NCBI GenBank assembly: GCA_037444665.1
Contig: JBBILZ010000005.1
Coordinates: 1 to 64,000 of the forward strand
From: a candidate division WOR-3 bacterium
Lineage (GTDB): Bacteria > Hydrothermota > Tepidihabitantia > SM23-42 > JAOAFX01
Length of the DNA: 64,000 bases
Reading direction: 5' to 3'
The notes beneath the pieces are model-generated. The model was given only the letters and a program-made list of their open reading frames with translations. It had not been told where the DNA came from and did no database searches. The position numbers were made by a program, and so were the translations under genes. Shown here in pieces: positions 1 to 9,922 of the stretch. Every line of letters starts with the position of its first letter. Within the stretch, counting starts at the first letter, position 1.

Positions 1-180
1 AGAGCAAGTTCCATTAAAACAAGGATTGAAACTTTAGGCTCATTTATTTTTTTTCCTGAACAGGTAAATGATTTGAGAGCAAGTTCCATTAAAACAAGGA
101 TTGAAACAATTTAGCTGATGTTGTAATTCCTTTTTCTGATATTATTTGAGAGCAAGTTCCATTAAAACAAGGATTGAAAC
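1..180 (+). CRISPR. CRISPR array, trailer end (truncated by window start); repeat ATTTGAGAGCAAGTTCCATTAAAACAAGGATTGAAAC (37 bp)
   Basis: Identical repeats at 1-32 (partial), 71-107 and 144-180; unique spacers 33-70 (38 bp) and 108-143 (36 bp); 3' ATTGAAAC end typical of type I-B/III repeats. Confidence 0.96.
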
Positions 181-242
181 ACCAAGGTCACAAATTGAGA
201 CCTTGAAAAAGAATGAGGCTATTTTTGAGTAATATAGCATAA

Positions 243-270
243 TTGACAAAGGGCGGTTTTTATATATGCT
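243..270 (+). promoter_or_regulatory. sigma70-type promoter TTGACA-N16-TATGCT
   Basis: Read directly; GTG at 277 lies 6 nt after the -10 box. Confidence 0.6.
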
Positions 271-276
271 TTGATT

Positions 277-996
277 GTGCATTTATTAATATTTATTTGT
301 TTTTTTGAACCCTTCAAAACTATTTCACTGCCAGGTAATTTCACAACATTTCAGTTGTATGAAGATGCAATTTTTATTGCTCCATTTAATGGCAAATCAA
401 TCATCAAATTAGATAGCACTGGTAGTTTTTTAAGTTTTCCTATCACCAATCAGGAAAACAATCGTATTTATCAATTTAAAATAACGCCATTTTACTTTTG
501 TTTGAATACACCTTTAGGTCTTGTTAAAATGCATTATGCAACTGGTGTGAATGAGATGCTCTATAGTGGTAATATCACCGCATTCATCATAACTAATACT
601 GAAGAGGTTGTGCTTGCTGACCGAATAAAAAACGAAATCATTTTTCTTGATACCGACAATAAGATAAGGTTGAAAAAGAAGAATATAAATGTGCTTGATA
701 TGGACTATTTTGAGGGAATGATATATCTCTTGAGTTCAAGGGGAATTCTTGTACTTGATGAGTATGGCAATACTATTGAATCAATTAAGACACCAGAAAA
801 CATAAACCGCATTTCAGTAGCCGAAGATATATATGTTTTTGCCCCTTTGTCAAATATTGTATACAGATGGGATAAAGAATGGAAAAGAATAGAGTTAAAG
901 TATCCAGTCAACGATTTAAAATTGAATAAAAATTATTTATTTACACTCAATCAATATGGTGATATTCTTTATCTGTATGATAGGTCTGATTTCTGA
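277..996 (+). CDS. Hypothetical exported protein, beta-propeller-like
   Basis: ORF 271-996; beta-rich repeats; start moved to GTG 277 from promoter geometry. Confidence 0.6.
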   Translation: MHLLIFICFFEPFKTISLPGNFTTFQLYEDAIFIAPFNGKSIIKLDSTGSFLSFPITNQENNRIYQFKITPFYFCLNTPLGLVKMHYATGVNEMLYSGNITAFIITNTEEVVLADRIKNEIIFLDTDNKIRLKKKNINVLDMDYFEGMIYLLSSRGILVLDEYGNTIESIKTPENINRISVAEDIYVFAPLSNIVYRWDKEWKRIELKYPVNDLKLNKNYLFTLNQYGDILYLYDRSDF

Positions 997-3670
997 ATCA
1001 GATACCTTGTTAAAGATTGATTCTGTTTACTACAATTTCCGCCCAGTTGAAATTGATACATTTCCTGAAATTGGTGATTCTATTTTTAAGCCTTCTCTGG
1101 ATAGGGGAATTGATGCTGAGAGAAGTCAGTTAAGGATTAGTGGGATTAAAGATTTTAGTTTTGATATTGACCAGGGTTTTGACCAGGGTTTAAAATTATA
1201 CATCTCCGGAGAAATGGAGGGTATTCAGATAAAGGGTGCACTTTCTGACAAGGGTTCAGCATTGCCTACACGCCGCATATCAGATATTGAAAAGATGCGC
1301 CTGGAACTATGGACAAAAAATTTTTATGGTGGTATCGGTGATTTAAATATAGTTCTTCCTTTTGAAATCAGTGATGAGATTGAGGGCGTGCGTCTCGGTT
1401 TAAGCAATCAGACAGATAATATCAATCTTTCTTATGCTTTGAGTCGTGGCAAATACCAGCGCGTGGAATTTGATGGTGATGAGGGAAAACAGGGTCCCTA
1501 TTTTATAAATGGTCCTGTGGTTTATGGTTCAGAAAGGGTTTATGTTTCAGACCTTCTGAATCCTTCACGCATTCTTAAGATTGACGAAGATTACAATTTA
1601 GATTATGAACAGGGGATAATCAATTTTACAAATAAAAATATCATAACACGCAATTCCCACATTATTATTGAATATCAGAGAGCAACAGAAGATTATCTTA
1701 ATATTTATCAGGAGGCAGATGTCAGATATTCAACAGGTGATATTACAGTTAACACGATTTTTCATCGCACTTATGATGATAAAAATAATCCACTCAGTTT
1801 TCGTTTGTCCCAATCTGAAATAGAAAGTTTGAAGACCAGTGGAGATAATTCTAATATCCGACATATTTATGCTGATACATCTTCCAATGGAAACTATAAT
1901 CTTGTAGATAATCATTTTGTCTATGCAGGGGAAGGCAATGGTCATTACCTTGTCACATTTTTTTATGTTGGTGAAAATAATGGAGATTATATCTATGACC
2001 CACAGATTAAAGGATTTGTATACCAGGGTCCTGATTTAGGAAATTATACCCCGGAAAAATTGATTCCTTTGCCCCAAGATAATCAGTTTTATGGCATCGG
2101 CGTGACCCATAAGTTTGGTTTGACCCTGCGGGCATATGGTTCGGCTGTTGATAAAAATAGATTCTCATCTTTAGATGATGATGATAATATGGCAAAGGGT
2201 TATGAATTGAATATAGATAAGAAAATTAATATATTGTCCTTCAATGGAACATACATAAACTATGATAAAGATTTGTATCAGCCACGAAGCAGAGAAGGAC
2301 TGAATTACAATTATGATTGGAATACTACAGATACAATGGCTGAATTGGCACAGGTTAATACGCGTATTACACCCATTACAGATTTTAGCATTGATTTAGG
2401 GTATGGTCTGCTGAATCAAAAATACCAGCGACGGACAATCTTTTTAAGACCTTTATTTTTCTATTTTGGCTATGAAAATATTGATACACTGGATAGATTT
2501 ATCACCGGTTTTAAAAAAACATTGAATAAATTGTCTTTTTATTCACAGTATCTCAACCAGGAGATGAATCACTTTACTGATTACAGTGTAATATACAATT
2601 TTACTCAGGAAAGGGCAATCGGATTATCAGGTAATTATGAGCGGAATAATAATGGCAGAGCAATTTTGACCCGATTGGACTTTATGACAAGACCTTTTGT
2701 ATTTTCTGGTGGTCACCGTTTTTTTTATGATACAACATTGATCTTTGGTAATGCACGCCTGAATATTTATTACCAAGGCTTTGGTTTGCAGGGTGAAGTA
2801 GAACAATCGCAGAGATATTCACAGAAAAGGGATGAGGTTTATCTAAAAGTGCCAGAGGGAACAGGTAATTATGTTTATGACCCGGTGACCCGAACCTATA
2901 TTCCAAAACCCAATGGAGACTATATCAAACAGATAATTCTATTACAGGATTATCAAAGGGTGATGAGTCAGCGTTATAGTCTTGAACCAGTGATTTCACG
3001 CGGTAATTTTGATTTTAGAGGCAAACTATTTTATTTTGACGAAGAAAATTTTCTGAATCGCAAAGAAGAGTTTAATACAGTGTTTGAAAAAGACGAAAAA
3101 CATCTGGAAATAAATTTCCAGGATGGGTTAATAAAGGATAGTCGTTATGCACTTGAGCCCACCACACAATATGAGTATCATTTTTCCATAAATCCAGGTT
3201 ATAGAAAATTTTACAATTATTATGGAATTGATTATAAAAATGAAAGATGGGGTCTATTATTAAAAGAAGAGCGTTCAGATTACAGCGTTTCAATGCACCT
3301 GGAAATTATTGAAAATCCTCAGGTTAAGCCCTATGCTGGTTATAAATACAGCACAATTTTTTCTGAGTTTTTCTCAGACCTAAAATTGAATCTGCACACG
3401 CCACATATTGGACTATTGCTGGGTAAACCGATAAAGAATCAGGGACGTATTGAACTTGATGGAGAGTTGTTGTATTATAAATATAATGTTGAGGATGTGC
3501 CTTATCTGTTCAGTGCCAATGAACCACCAGGGTTGATGAAAATAGTTGCTTTTAATGGCTCATTAGGTATTGGTGATAATACTATCTTTAGTTTAGTTTA
3601 TCGTATTCAATTGTCTCCCGATGAAAAACCAGTGCAAAATTTAAAATTCCAGACGAGGATCAAATTCTAA
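956..3670 (+). CDS. Large hypothetical outer-membrane protein (904 aa)
   Basis: Long ORF, short hydrophobic N-terminus, amphipathic beta-strands, C-terminal ...TRIKF. Confidence 0.65.
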   Translation: MVIFFICMIGLISESDTLLKIDSVYYNFRPVEIDTFPEIGDSIFKPSLDRGIDAERSQLRISGIKDFSFDIDQGFDQGLKLYISGEMEGIQIKGALSDKGSALPTRRISDIEKMRLELWTKNFYGGIGDLNIVLPFEISDEIEGVRLGLSNQTDNINLSYALSRGKYQRVEFDGDEGKQGPYFINGPVVYGSERVYVSDLLNPSRILKIDEDYNLDYEQGIINFTNKNIITRNSHIIIEYQRATEDYLNIYQEADVRYSTGDITVNTIFHRTYDDKNNPLSFRLSQSEIESLKTSGDNSNIRHIYADTSSNGNYNLVDNHFVYAGEGNGHYLVTFFYVGENNGDYIYDPQIKGFVYQGPDLGNYTPEKLIPLPQDNQFYGIGVTHKFGLTLRAYGSAVDKNRFSSLDDDDNMAKGYELNIDKKINILSFNGTYINYDKDLYQPRSREGLNYNYDWNTTDTMAELAQVNTRITPITDFSIDLGYGLLNQKYQRRTIFLRPLFFYFGYENIDTLDRFITGFKKTLNKLSFYSQYLNQEMNHFTDYSVIYNFTQERAIGLSGNYERNNNGRAILTRLDFMTRPFVFSGGHRFFYDTTLIFGNARLNIYYQGFGLQGEVEQSQRYSQKRDEVYLKVPEGTGNYVYDPVTRTYIPKPNGDYIKQIILLQDYQRVMSQRYSLEPVISRGNFDFRGKLFYFDEENFLNRKEEFNTVFEKDEKHLEINFQDGLIKDSRYALEPTTQYEYHFSINPGYRKFYNYYGIDYKNERWGLLLKEERSDYSVSMHLEIIENPQVKPYAGYKYSTIFSEFFSDLKLNLHTPHIGLLLGKPIKNQGRIELDGELLYYKYNVEDVPYLFSANEPPGLMKIVAFNGSLGIGDNTIFSLVYRIQLSPDEKPVQNLKFQTRIKF

Positions 3671-4488
3671 TGGCTGACCCATACCGTGAATTTTATGAAC
3701 TTGCAGGTAGATGTTATCCAGAAGACCGTTTGACCTATTCCAGTTTGAGTGGAATAATCAGAAAAAAGTGGGTAATAAAAAAATTAAAGGAGTTGCCCTC
3801 TGGAAATTTACTGGACTGTGGTTGTAATATTGGTAGAATCTCTGCTGAGTGGAGAAAGGGTGAGGTTTTTGGTGTGGATATAGCATATGCGCTACTTGCG
3901 CGGGGAAAAGAAATTTATCCACATATAAGTTTTATTCAGGGTGATCTGCAAAAAATACAATTTTTAAAACCGAACTCAATTGATAATGCAATTGCGATAG
4001 AAGTCATTGAACATTTAACAGATGTTGATGAATTTCTCAATGGTATTTTTAACATACTTAAAAAAGATGGGATGCTTTTGATTACAACGCCATCTTATTC
4101 GCATAAACGTCCAACAATGGCAAATCTTGGAGTTTTGAGAAGTTTCGGTATTAAAAAGGGTGTTATTGGTGAACAGTATCTGCACACTGCATATAAACCA
4201 GTAGAATTGAAGATAATGTTAGAAAAGGCAGGTTTTACAGTGCTTGAAACTGGAAGTTTTGAATTTGAGCTGAGGGGCTGGGTCAAGCCGTTCACTTTGT
4301 TAAACCGCATATTTGAATCTCTTTCCGAAAGATTTTTTCCCTATTCTCAGCTGAACAGACTCTTTGTTGATTTTTTACGTCGGTTTGAACTTGATACATT
4401 CTATATCCTGAATACATTTGGTCTGGGCTGGTTATTGCAAAAATTATTCAAAGAAGGAAGGCGCGCCTATGTTCTGGCAAAAAAATAG
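3670..4488 (+). CDS. Class I SAM-dependent methyltransferase
   Basis: LLDCGCNIG motif I, EVIEHL motif. Confidence 0.85.
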   Translation: MADPYREFYELAGRCYPEDRLTYSSLSGIIRKKWVIKKLKELPSGNLLDCGCNIGRISAEWRKGEVFGVDIAYALLARGKEIYPHISFIQGDLQKIQFLKPNSIDNAIAIEVIEHLTDVDEFLNGIFNILKKDGMLLITTPSYSHKRPTMANLGVLRSFGIKKGVIGEQYLHTAYKPVELKIMLEKAGFTVLETGSFEFELRGWVKPFTLLNRIFESLSERFFPYSQLNRLFVDFLRRFELDTFYILNTFGLGWLLQKLFKEGRRAYVLAKK

Positions 4489-5508
4489 ATGGGTATGGAG
4501 TTAAAAGAATTTTATTATGACCTGCCTGAAGCATTGATTGCCCAGTATCCACTGGTCAACAGGGCAGATGCAAGGCTTCTGGTCTTAAATAAAGATAAAG
4601 GGGAGACCAGACACCATTATTTTTATGAGATAATAGATTTTTTTTCTGCGGGTGATGTGCTTGTATTGAATAATACAAAGGTTTATAAAGCCCGATTCAT
4701 TGGTAAAAAAGAGACTGGCGCAAAGTTAGATATTTTAGTTCTTTCTTATCAAAATAATGAATGCACGGCATTGATTAATCCTTCAGCCAGGGTCAGGGAA
4801 AAGATTAAAATTTTGCTTGATGAAAAATATTATGCTGAGGCTGTGCAGCGGGTAGGTGGTAGGTTTTTTTTGAAGTTTTCTGCTCCTGTACAGGAAGTGA
4901 TGGAGGCGTTAGGTAAAATGCCATTGCCACCATATATAAAAAGAATTCCTGAGAAACTGGATGAAAATCAATATCAAACAATTTACGCAGAAAGGCCAGG
5001 TTCAGTTGCAGCACCGACCGCTGGATTACATTTTACTGAAGAGATTTTAAGTAATCTCAAACAAAAAGGCGTAATTATTGTTTATATTACACTCCATATT
5101 GGTCCAGGAACATTCAAGCCGATTACATCAGAGCACATTGAGCAACACTATATGGAGCCAGAGTATGTAGAGGTATCTGAGGAGTCTGCAGAGATAATAA
5201 ATAAAGGTAAGAAGATTATTGGCGTGGGTACTTCTGTTGCGAGAACCTTAGAGTTTGTTGCCCGAAAGAATAGTGAAAAAGAATACAGGATTAGTGAATT
5301 CTCTGGTTATGCAGATTTGTTTATTTATCCAGGATTTCAATTTCAGGTCCTTGATGGAATGGTTACAAATTTTCATCTTCCCTGTTCAACTCCATTGTTA
5401 TTGGTCTGCGCCTTTGCCAGTAAGGATATGATATTCAGGGCATATAAGGAGGCGATTGAGCAAAAATACCGATTTTTGTCCTATGGCGATGCGATGTTGA
5501 TATTGTGA
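4489..5508 (+). CDS. queA: S-adenosylmethionine:tRNA ribosyltransferase-isomerase
   Basis: LIAQYP, PLPPYI, SVAAPTAGLHF, TNFHLP, YRFLSYGDAM motifs. Confidence 0.97.
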   Translation: MGMELKEFYYDLPEALIAQYPLVNRADARLLVLNKDKGETRHHYFYEIIDFFSAGDVLVLNNTKVYKARFIGKKETGAKLDILVLSYQNNECTALINPSARVREKIKILLDEKYYAEAVQRVGGRFFLKFSAPVQEVMEALGKMPLPPYIKRIPEKLDENQYQTIYAERPGSVAAPTAGLHFTEEILSNLKQKGVIIVYITLHIGPGTFKPITSEHIEQHYMEPEYVEVSEESAEIINKGKKIIGVGTSVARTLEFVARKNSEKEYRISEFSGYADLFIYPGFQFQVLDGMVTNFHLPCSTPLLLVCAFASKDMIFRAYKEAIEQKYRFLSYGDAMLIL

Positions 5509-5591
5509 ATGCAACAAATAAAAAATTTATAAAATAAATTGATAAATCTTAAATACTTGATTTTGTATTGCAAATATATATAATCACTGCA

Positions 5592-8273
5592 ATGACCATT
5601 CTATTTTTTTGTCTGTTCAACTGGCAGCAAGAGGTCAATTATAAAATCTCTGCAAATCTAAATATAGAAGAGCATACGCTGAAAATAAACGAAAGTTTAA
5701 TCTATTATAACCGCTCACCATTACGCCTGGATACACTCTACTTTCATCTGTATGCAAATGCCTACCGGGATAATAATACAGTATTTGCCAGAGAATCAAA
5801 GAAAATGGGCTCTTACAGATTTTTAAGGGCAAAAGCATCAGAACGGGGCTGGATTGATATCATTTCAATAACTGATGCCAATGGTAATTCTCTTGGGTTC
5901 CAGATTGATGAAACAGTAATGGCGATTGCGCTTGAAAGACCACTAACAAGTAATGATTCTGCAGTTCTCAATATTGAGGCAGTTTTGAAGATTCCTTATC
6001 TCTTTTCAAGGCTGGGTTATAAAGACGAACATTATGAAATGGTCCAATGGTATCCTAAGCCCTGTGTGTTTGATGAGAAAGGCTGGCACAGGCAGGGTTA
6101 TCATGCAATCGGTGAATTCTATGGCGAGTTTGGCAAATTTGATGTGACCATAGAACTGCCAGAAGAATACATTGTTGCGGCAACAGGTATGTTAGTTGAT
6201 CCAAATTCAATTGAAGGAAATAGAAAAAAGTTACATTTTGTTGCTGAGAATGTCCATGATTTTGCCTGGGTCTGTGACCCTGATTTTGAGATTATGACAA
6301 AAGAAATTGACAGTATATTGATTGAAGTTTACTACACGAAAAAATACAGAAAAAAATGGCAGAATGCTGGTGATTATGCGGTTGATGCGGTGCAGAGGTA
6401 TAATAATTGGTTTGGTAAATATCCTTATAAAAAATTGAGTGTTGTCCAGGGTTATTTTGGTGGTGTTATGGAATATCCGAATCTGGTAATTATTGGCGGT
6501 ATGGAAGATAATTTTACGCGCCAGTTTGAACTTGTCATTATCCATGAAATTGCACATCAGTGGTTTTATGGTATTCTCGGTTCAAATGAGATGGATGAGG
6601 CATGGCTTGATGAAGGATTTACTTCATATACCGAAGCAAGGTATTTTGTAGATAAATATGGCATTGATAATACATTTTTTAAATCCCGTTTTTTACCAAG
6701 ATTAAGGCATAACTATATTAACAGATTAACCTATTATATTGCCTTAACAAATCAATTAGAGATGCCGGTTCTCACTAAATCAAGTGCATTTGTGGATGTT
6801 CCACTTGCATATCAGGTTGCAGCATATTCCAAACCAGCGCTGTTTTTGAGGTATCTTGAAGGTTATTTAGGTGCGAACACATTTAATAGAATCTTAAAGG
6901 CATATTTTGAACGCTACAAATTTAAACATCCCCAGAGCCAGGATTTTATTGAATTGTGCGAGGAAATAAGCGGAAAAGATTTGAAAGGATTCTTTGATGA
7001 TTTTCTTCATACTACAAAATACTGTGACTGGTATATCAAAAAGGTCAATAAAAATTCCCTGATAATTGAAAATAAAGGAGAGTTCTTATTGCCGGTGGAT
7101 ATTCTCGTTGAAACTGATAATGGGGGGCAGGTTTTAAAGGTTGATAAACCGCTGGATACACTATTTTTCCCCTCGGCAAAAAAAATTAAAAAAGTTTCTA
7201 TTGACCCCTATGATTATACGCCTGAAGCGAACCGTTATAATAATTTTTATCCCAAAAAGATTGCTATTAAACCACTATTGAATTTGCCTTCATTTGATAC
7301 ATATCAGGTCTTTTTTCTACCCTATTTGTGGTATGATTCAGACGATGGTCTTACACCTGGTTTATATCTTGCCGGAACCCAGTTCATTGATGCAGATTTC
7401 ATCAAGGGTGGGCATCAGTGGATTTTTGGTTATATCTATGGCGTAAAAAGCAAAAATCATTATTATAATTTCAGTTATCAAACACCGATTGTATTCAAAA
7501 GAGGGTATCGTTCTCGTATATTTTTAAAAGGTGCTTACAGCAACGATGAAATAAGATATCAGATAGGATTTAAAAACGATTTTGGTCTGCCCTTTACTAC
7601 AAGACCAGAAAAAAATTTAAAAACATTTTTGAGTTTCAATGACCTGAAGTCCTTTGTCTCTGTGGATAGTATTGATTGGTCAATTGCTAAATACTGGCTT
7701 TTTCAAAATCAGTTTGTCTGGAGACACAGTCATTGCGCTATGGTATTTTATACTGGTGGCACACATAAATATTTTAACGAAGATTGGCATTTTGCCAAAT
7801 TCACAATGGAATTTGAAAAAACTTCACAGTTGTTTTTGCCATTTTTATATTTTAGATTATTTGCGGGAAAGATTCTGGGTTCATCGCCCAAACAAGAACA
7901 ATTATTTTTGTCTGGTGCATTGAGACATAACTTTGTTTCTGACCTGTTGTTCAGCCAGAAAGGCTATACTTCTCCGCAGGAGCATATCCACATTAAACAG
8001 GATGCAAATATGGTAGGTTATCAGGGAAAGCATATAAAGAGTGATGGTATGTTTAGTGTAAATATACAATTGCCCGAAGGATTTTTCCTGCGCATTTTTT
8101 GTGATTATGGTTATTATTATGAAATGGATAGCCTGAAATGGCAACAGGTTTATGATGCAGGTATAAAACTTGTGCTTGGTCCTGTTTCATTTGTTTTGCC
8201 TGTTTATATTAGGGAGCAGTTCTGGCCCAAAAATTGGTCCGTTGAAATAATCAGTGCGGGTATTAGTTTTTAA
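5592..8273 (+). CDS. M1 family zinc aminopeptidase with long beta-rich C-terminal extension
   Basis: GVMEYP, HEIAHQWF, WLDEG motifs; ATG 5592 is 7 nt after TTGATT-N16-TATAAT (5557-5584). Confidence 0.9.
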   Translation: MTILFFCLFNWQQEVNYKISANLNIEEHTLKINESLIYYNRSPLRLDTLYFHLYANAYRDNNTVFARESKKMGSYRFLRAKASERGWIDIISITDANGNSLGFQIDETVMAIALERPLTSNDSAVLNIEAVLKIPYLFSRLGYKDEHYEMVQWYPKPCVFDEKGWHRQGYHAIGEFYGEFGKFDVTIELPEEYIVAATGMLVDPNSIEGNRKKLHFVAENVHDFAWVCDPDFEIMTKEIDSILIEVYYTKKYRKKWQNAGDYAVDAVQRYNNWFGKYPYKKLSVVQGYFGGVMEYPNLVIIGGMEDNFTRQFELVIIHEIAHQWFYGILGSNEMDEAWLDEGFTSYTEARYFVDKYGIDNTFFKSRFLPRLRHNYINRLTYYIALTNQLEMPVLTKSSAFVDVPLAYQVAAYSKPALFLRYLEGYLGANTFNRILKAYFERYKFKHPQSQDFIELCEEISGKDLKGFFDDFLHTTKYCDWYIKKVNKNSLIIENKGEFLLPVDILVETDNGGQVLKVDKPLDTLFFPSAKKIKKVSIDPYDYTPEANRYNNFYPKKIAIKPLLNLPSFDTYQVFFLPYLWYDSDDGLTPGLYLAGTQFIDADFIKGGHQWIFGYIYGVKSKNHYYNFSYQTPIVFKRGYRSRIFLKGAYSNDEIRYQIGFKNDFGLPFTTRPEKNLKTFLSFNDLKSFVSVDSIDWSIAKYWLFQNQFVWRHSHCAMVFYTGGTHKYFNEDWHFAKFTMEFEKTSQLFLPFLYFRLFAGKILGSSPKQEQLFLSGALRHNFVSDLLFSQKGYTSPQEHIHIKQDANMVGYQGKHIKSDGMFSVNIQLPEGFFLRIFCDYGYYYEMDSLKWQQVYDAGIKLVLGPVSFVLPVYIREQFWPKNWSVEIISAGISF

Positions 8274-8323
8274 CTTTTCCGCAACCCCCTTGACTTTTAT
8301 CCTTGTTTTAATAATATTGAAGA

Positions 8324-9835
8324 TTGGAACAGATAGAAGAGAAGATTTCACCAGCAGAGGAAAAATTTGAAAGAATAAGAAAGACCGCTGGGCTTTTTAT
8401 TGGGCCAATAGTCTTTTTAATTCTTTTGTTCATGCCCATATCCGGACTTTCAAAGAGTGCCCATTTTTTATCCGCAATACTTGGTCTGGTTGTAATCTGG
8501 TGGATTACTGAACCGGTTCCCATACCCATAACTGCACTCTTGGGCACCGGGCTCTGTGTGATTATGGGTGTTGATACAATGAAGAAAATCTTTGCATCAT
8601 TTGCTGACCCGATAATCTTTTTATTTATTGGTAGTTTTATCATTGCCCGGGCAATGATGGTGCACAGACTTGACCGTAGATTTGCCTTTCATATTTTGTC
8701 CATATCAGCAATTGGTAAGAGCAGTAATCTTATTCTTTTTACACTCGGCTTGATTGCAGTAATCATATCAATGTGGGTAAGCAATACTGCTACTACAGCA
8801 ATGCTCTATCCCATTGGCATTGGGGTTCTTAATACCATTGCCCATTTACATTCAAAAGATGCTAAAAAATTAAAATATTCAACGGGATTAATGCTTATAA
8901 TTGCCTATGGTGCATCAGTTGGTGGTATTGGGACACCAGTAGGAACACCACCAAACCTCATTGGTATTGGATTGATAAAGCAATTATTAAATAAAAATAT
9001 TACTTTTTTCAGGTGGATGTTATTTGCAATACCCATTGTGATATTAATGTATATTGTCCTATTCCTGTTGATTAAAATTCTTTTTCCCGCAGAATTTAAG
9101 GAACTTTCAGGGATTGAAGATTATGTAGTAAAAGAGAAAAAGGCAATGGGTAAGGTTTCAAGAGGGGAGAGAAATGTTTTGATTGCATTTTTTGTCACAG
9201 TATTTTTATGGGTCTTCCCCGGCATAATTGCAATTATCTTTGGTTCTGATGCACCCCTGTGCAAATGGTGGGAAATACATATACCCGAGGGCATGGCAGC
9301 AGTCATTGGCGCAATCATCTTATTTGTTCTACCCTTAGACTGGAAACAGGGTAAAGGAACAATCTCCTGGAAAGAGGCAGTAGATATTGACTGGGGAACA
9401 ATTCTTTTGTTCGGTGGTGGACTTTCACTGGGCAGTTTAATGTTTTCTACCGGGCTTGCGGAAAGTATTGGTAAAGGCATTATGCATCTTACCGGTGCAC
9501 GCAGCCTTTTTGCCATAACTGCAATTTCAATAATTCTGGCAATAATTACGAGTGAATTTACATCAAATACTGCATCAGCAAATATGGTTATCCCCATAAT
9601 GATCTCTCTCTCAATCGCCGCGAATGTCAATCCACTCATACCCGCACTCGGTGCCTGTCTTGGTGCAAGTTATGGCTTTATGCTTCCGGTCTCCACCCCA
9701 CCAAATGCCATTATTTATGGCTCGGGCTATGTGCCCATTACAAAAATGATAAGGACAGGGATTATCTTTGACTTTTTAGGATTTTTAATCATTCTTGCCG
9801 GTGTATTTTTGTTATTACCCTTGCTTGGTTTATAA
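8324..9835 (+). CDS. SLC13/DASS family anion transporter
   Basis: Many TM helices, SNTAT and SNTASA motifs, GTPPN and TPPNA. Confidence 0.93.
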   Translation: MEQIEEKISPAEEKFERIRKTAGLFIGPIVFLILLFMPISGLSKSAHFLSAILGLVVIWWITEPVPIPITALLGTGLCVIMGVDTMKKIFASFADPIIFLFIGSFIIARAMMVHRLDRRFAFHILSISAIGKSSNLILFTLGLIAVIISMWVSNTATTAMLYPIGIGVLNTIAHLHSKDAKKLKYSTGLMLIIAYGASVGGIGTPVGTPPNLIGIGLIKQLLNKNITFFRWMLFAIPIVILMYIVLFLLIKILFPAEFKELSGIEDYVVKEKKAMGKVSRGERNVLIAFFVTVFLWVFPGIIAIIFGSDAPLCKWWEIHIPEGMAAVIGAIILFVLPLDWKQGKGTISWKEAVDIDWGTILLFGGGLSLGSLMFSTGLAESIGKGIMHLTGARSLFAITAISIILAIITSEFTSNTASANMVIPIMISLSIAANVNPLIPALGACLGASYGFMLPVSTPPNAIIYGSGYVPITKMIRTGIIFDFLGFLIILAGVFLLLPLLGL

Positions 9836-9922
9836 TTTGTAAATTCTCTTACAAATAAAATTGTCAGTTGTCTTCAATGTAGTCTAAAGTAGGGGAGAAG
9901 ATTAAGAATGTTATGATATATC

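Noticed and set aside
221..252. Possible degenerate fourth CRISPR repeat after a 40-bp spacer (ATTTTTGAGTAATATAGCAT...)
   Set aside because: Spacing fits but similarity is weak and the region overlaps the promoter at 243; not counted.
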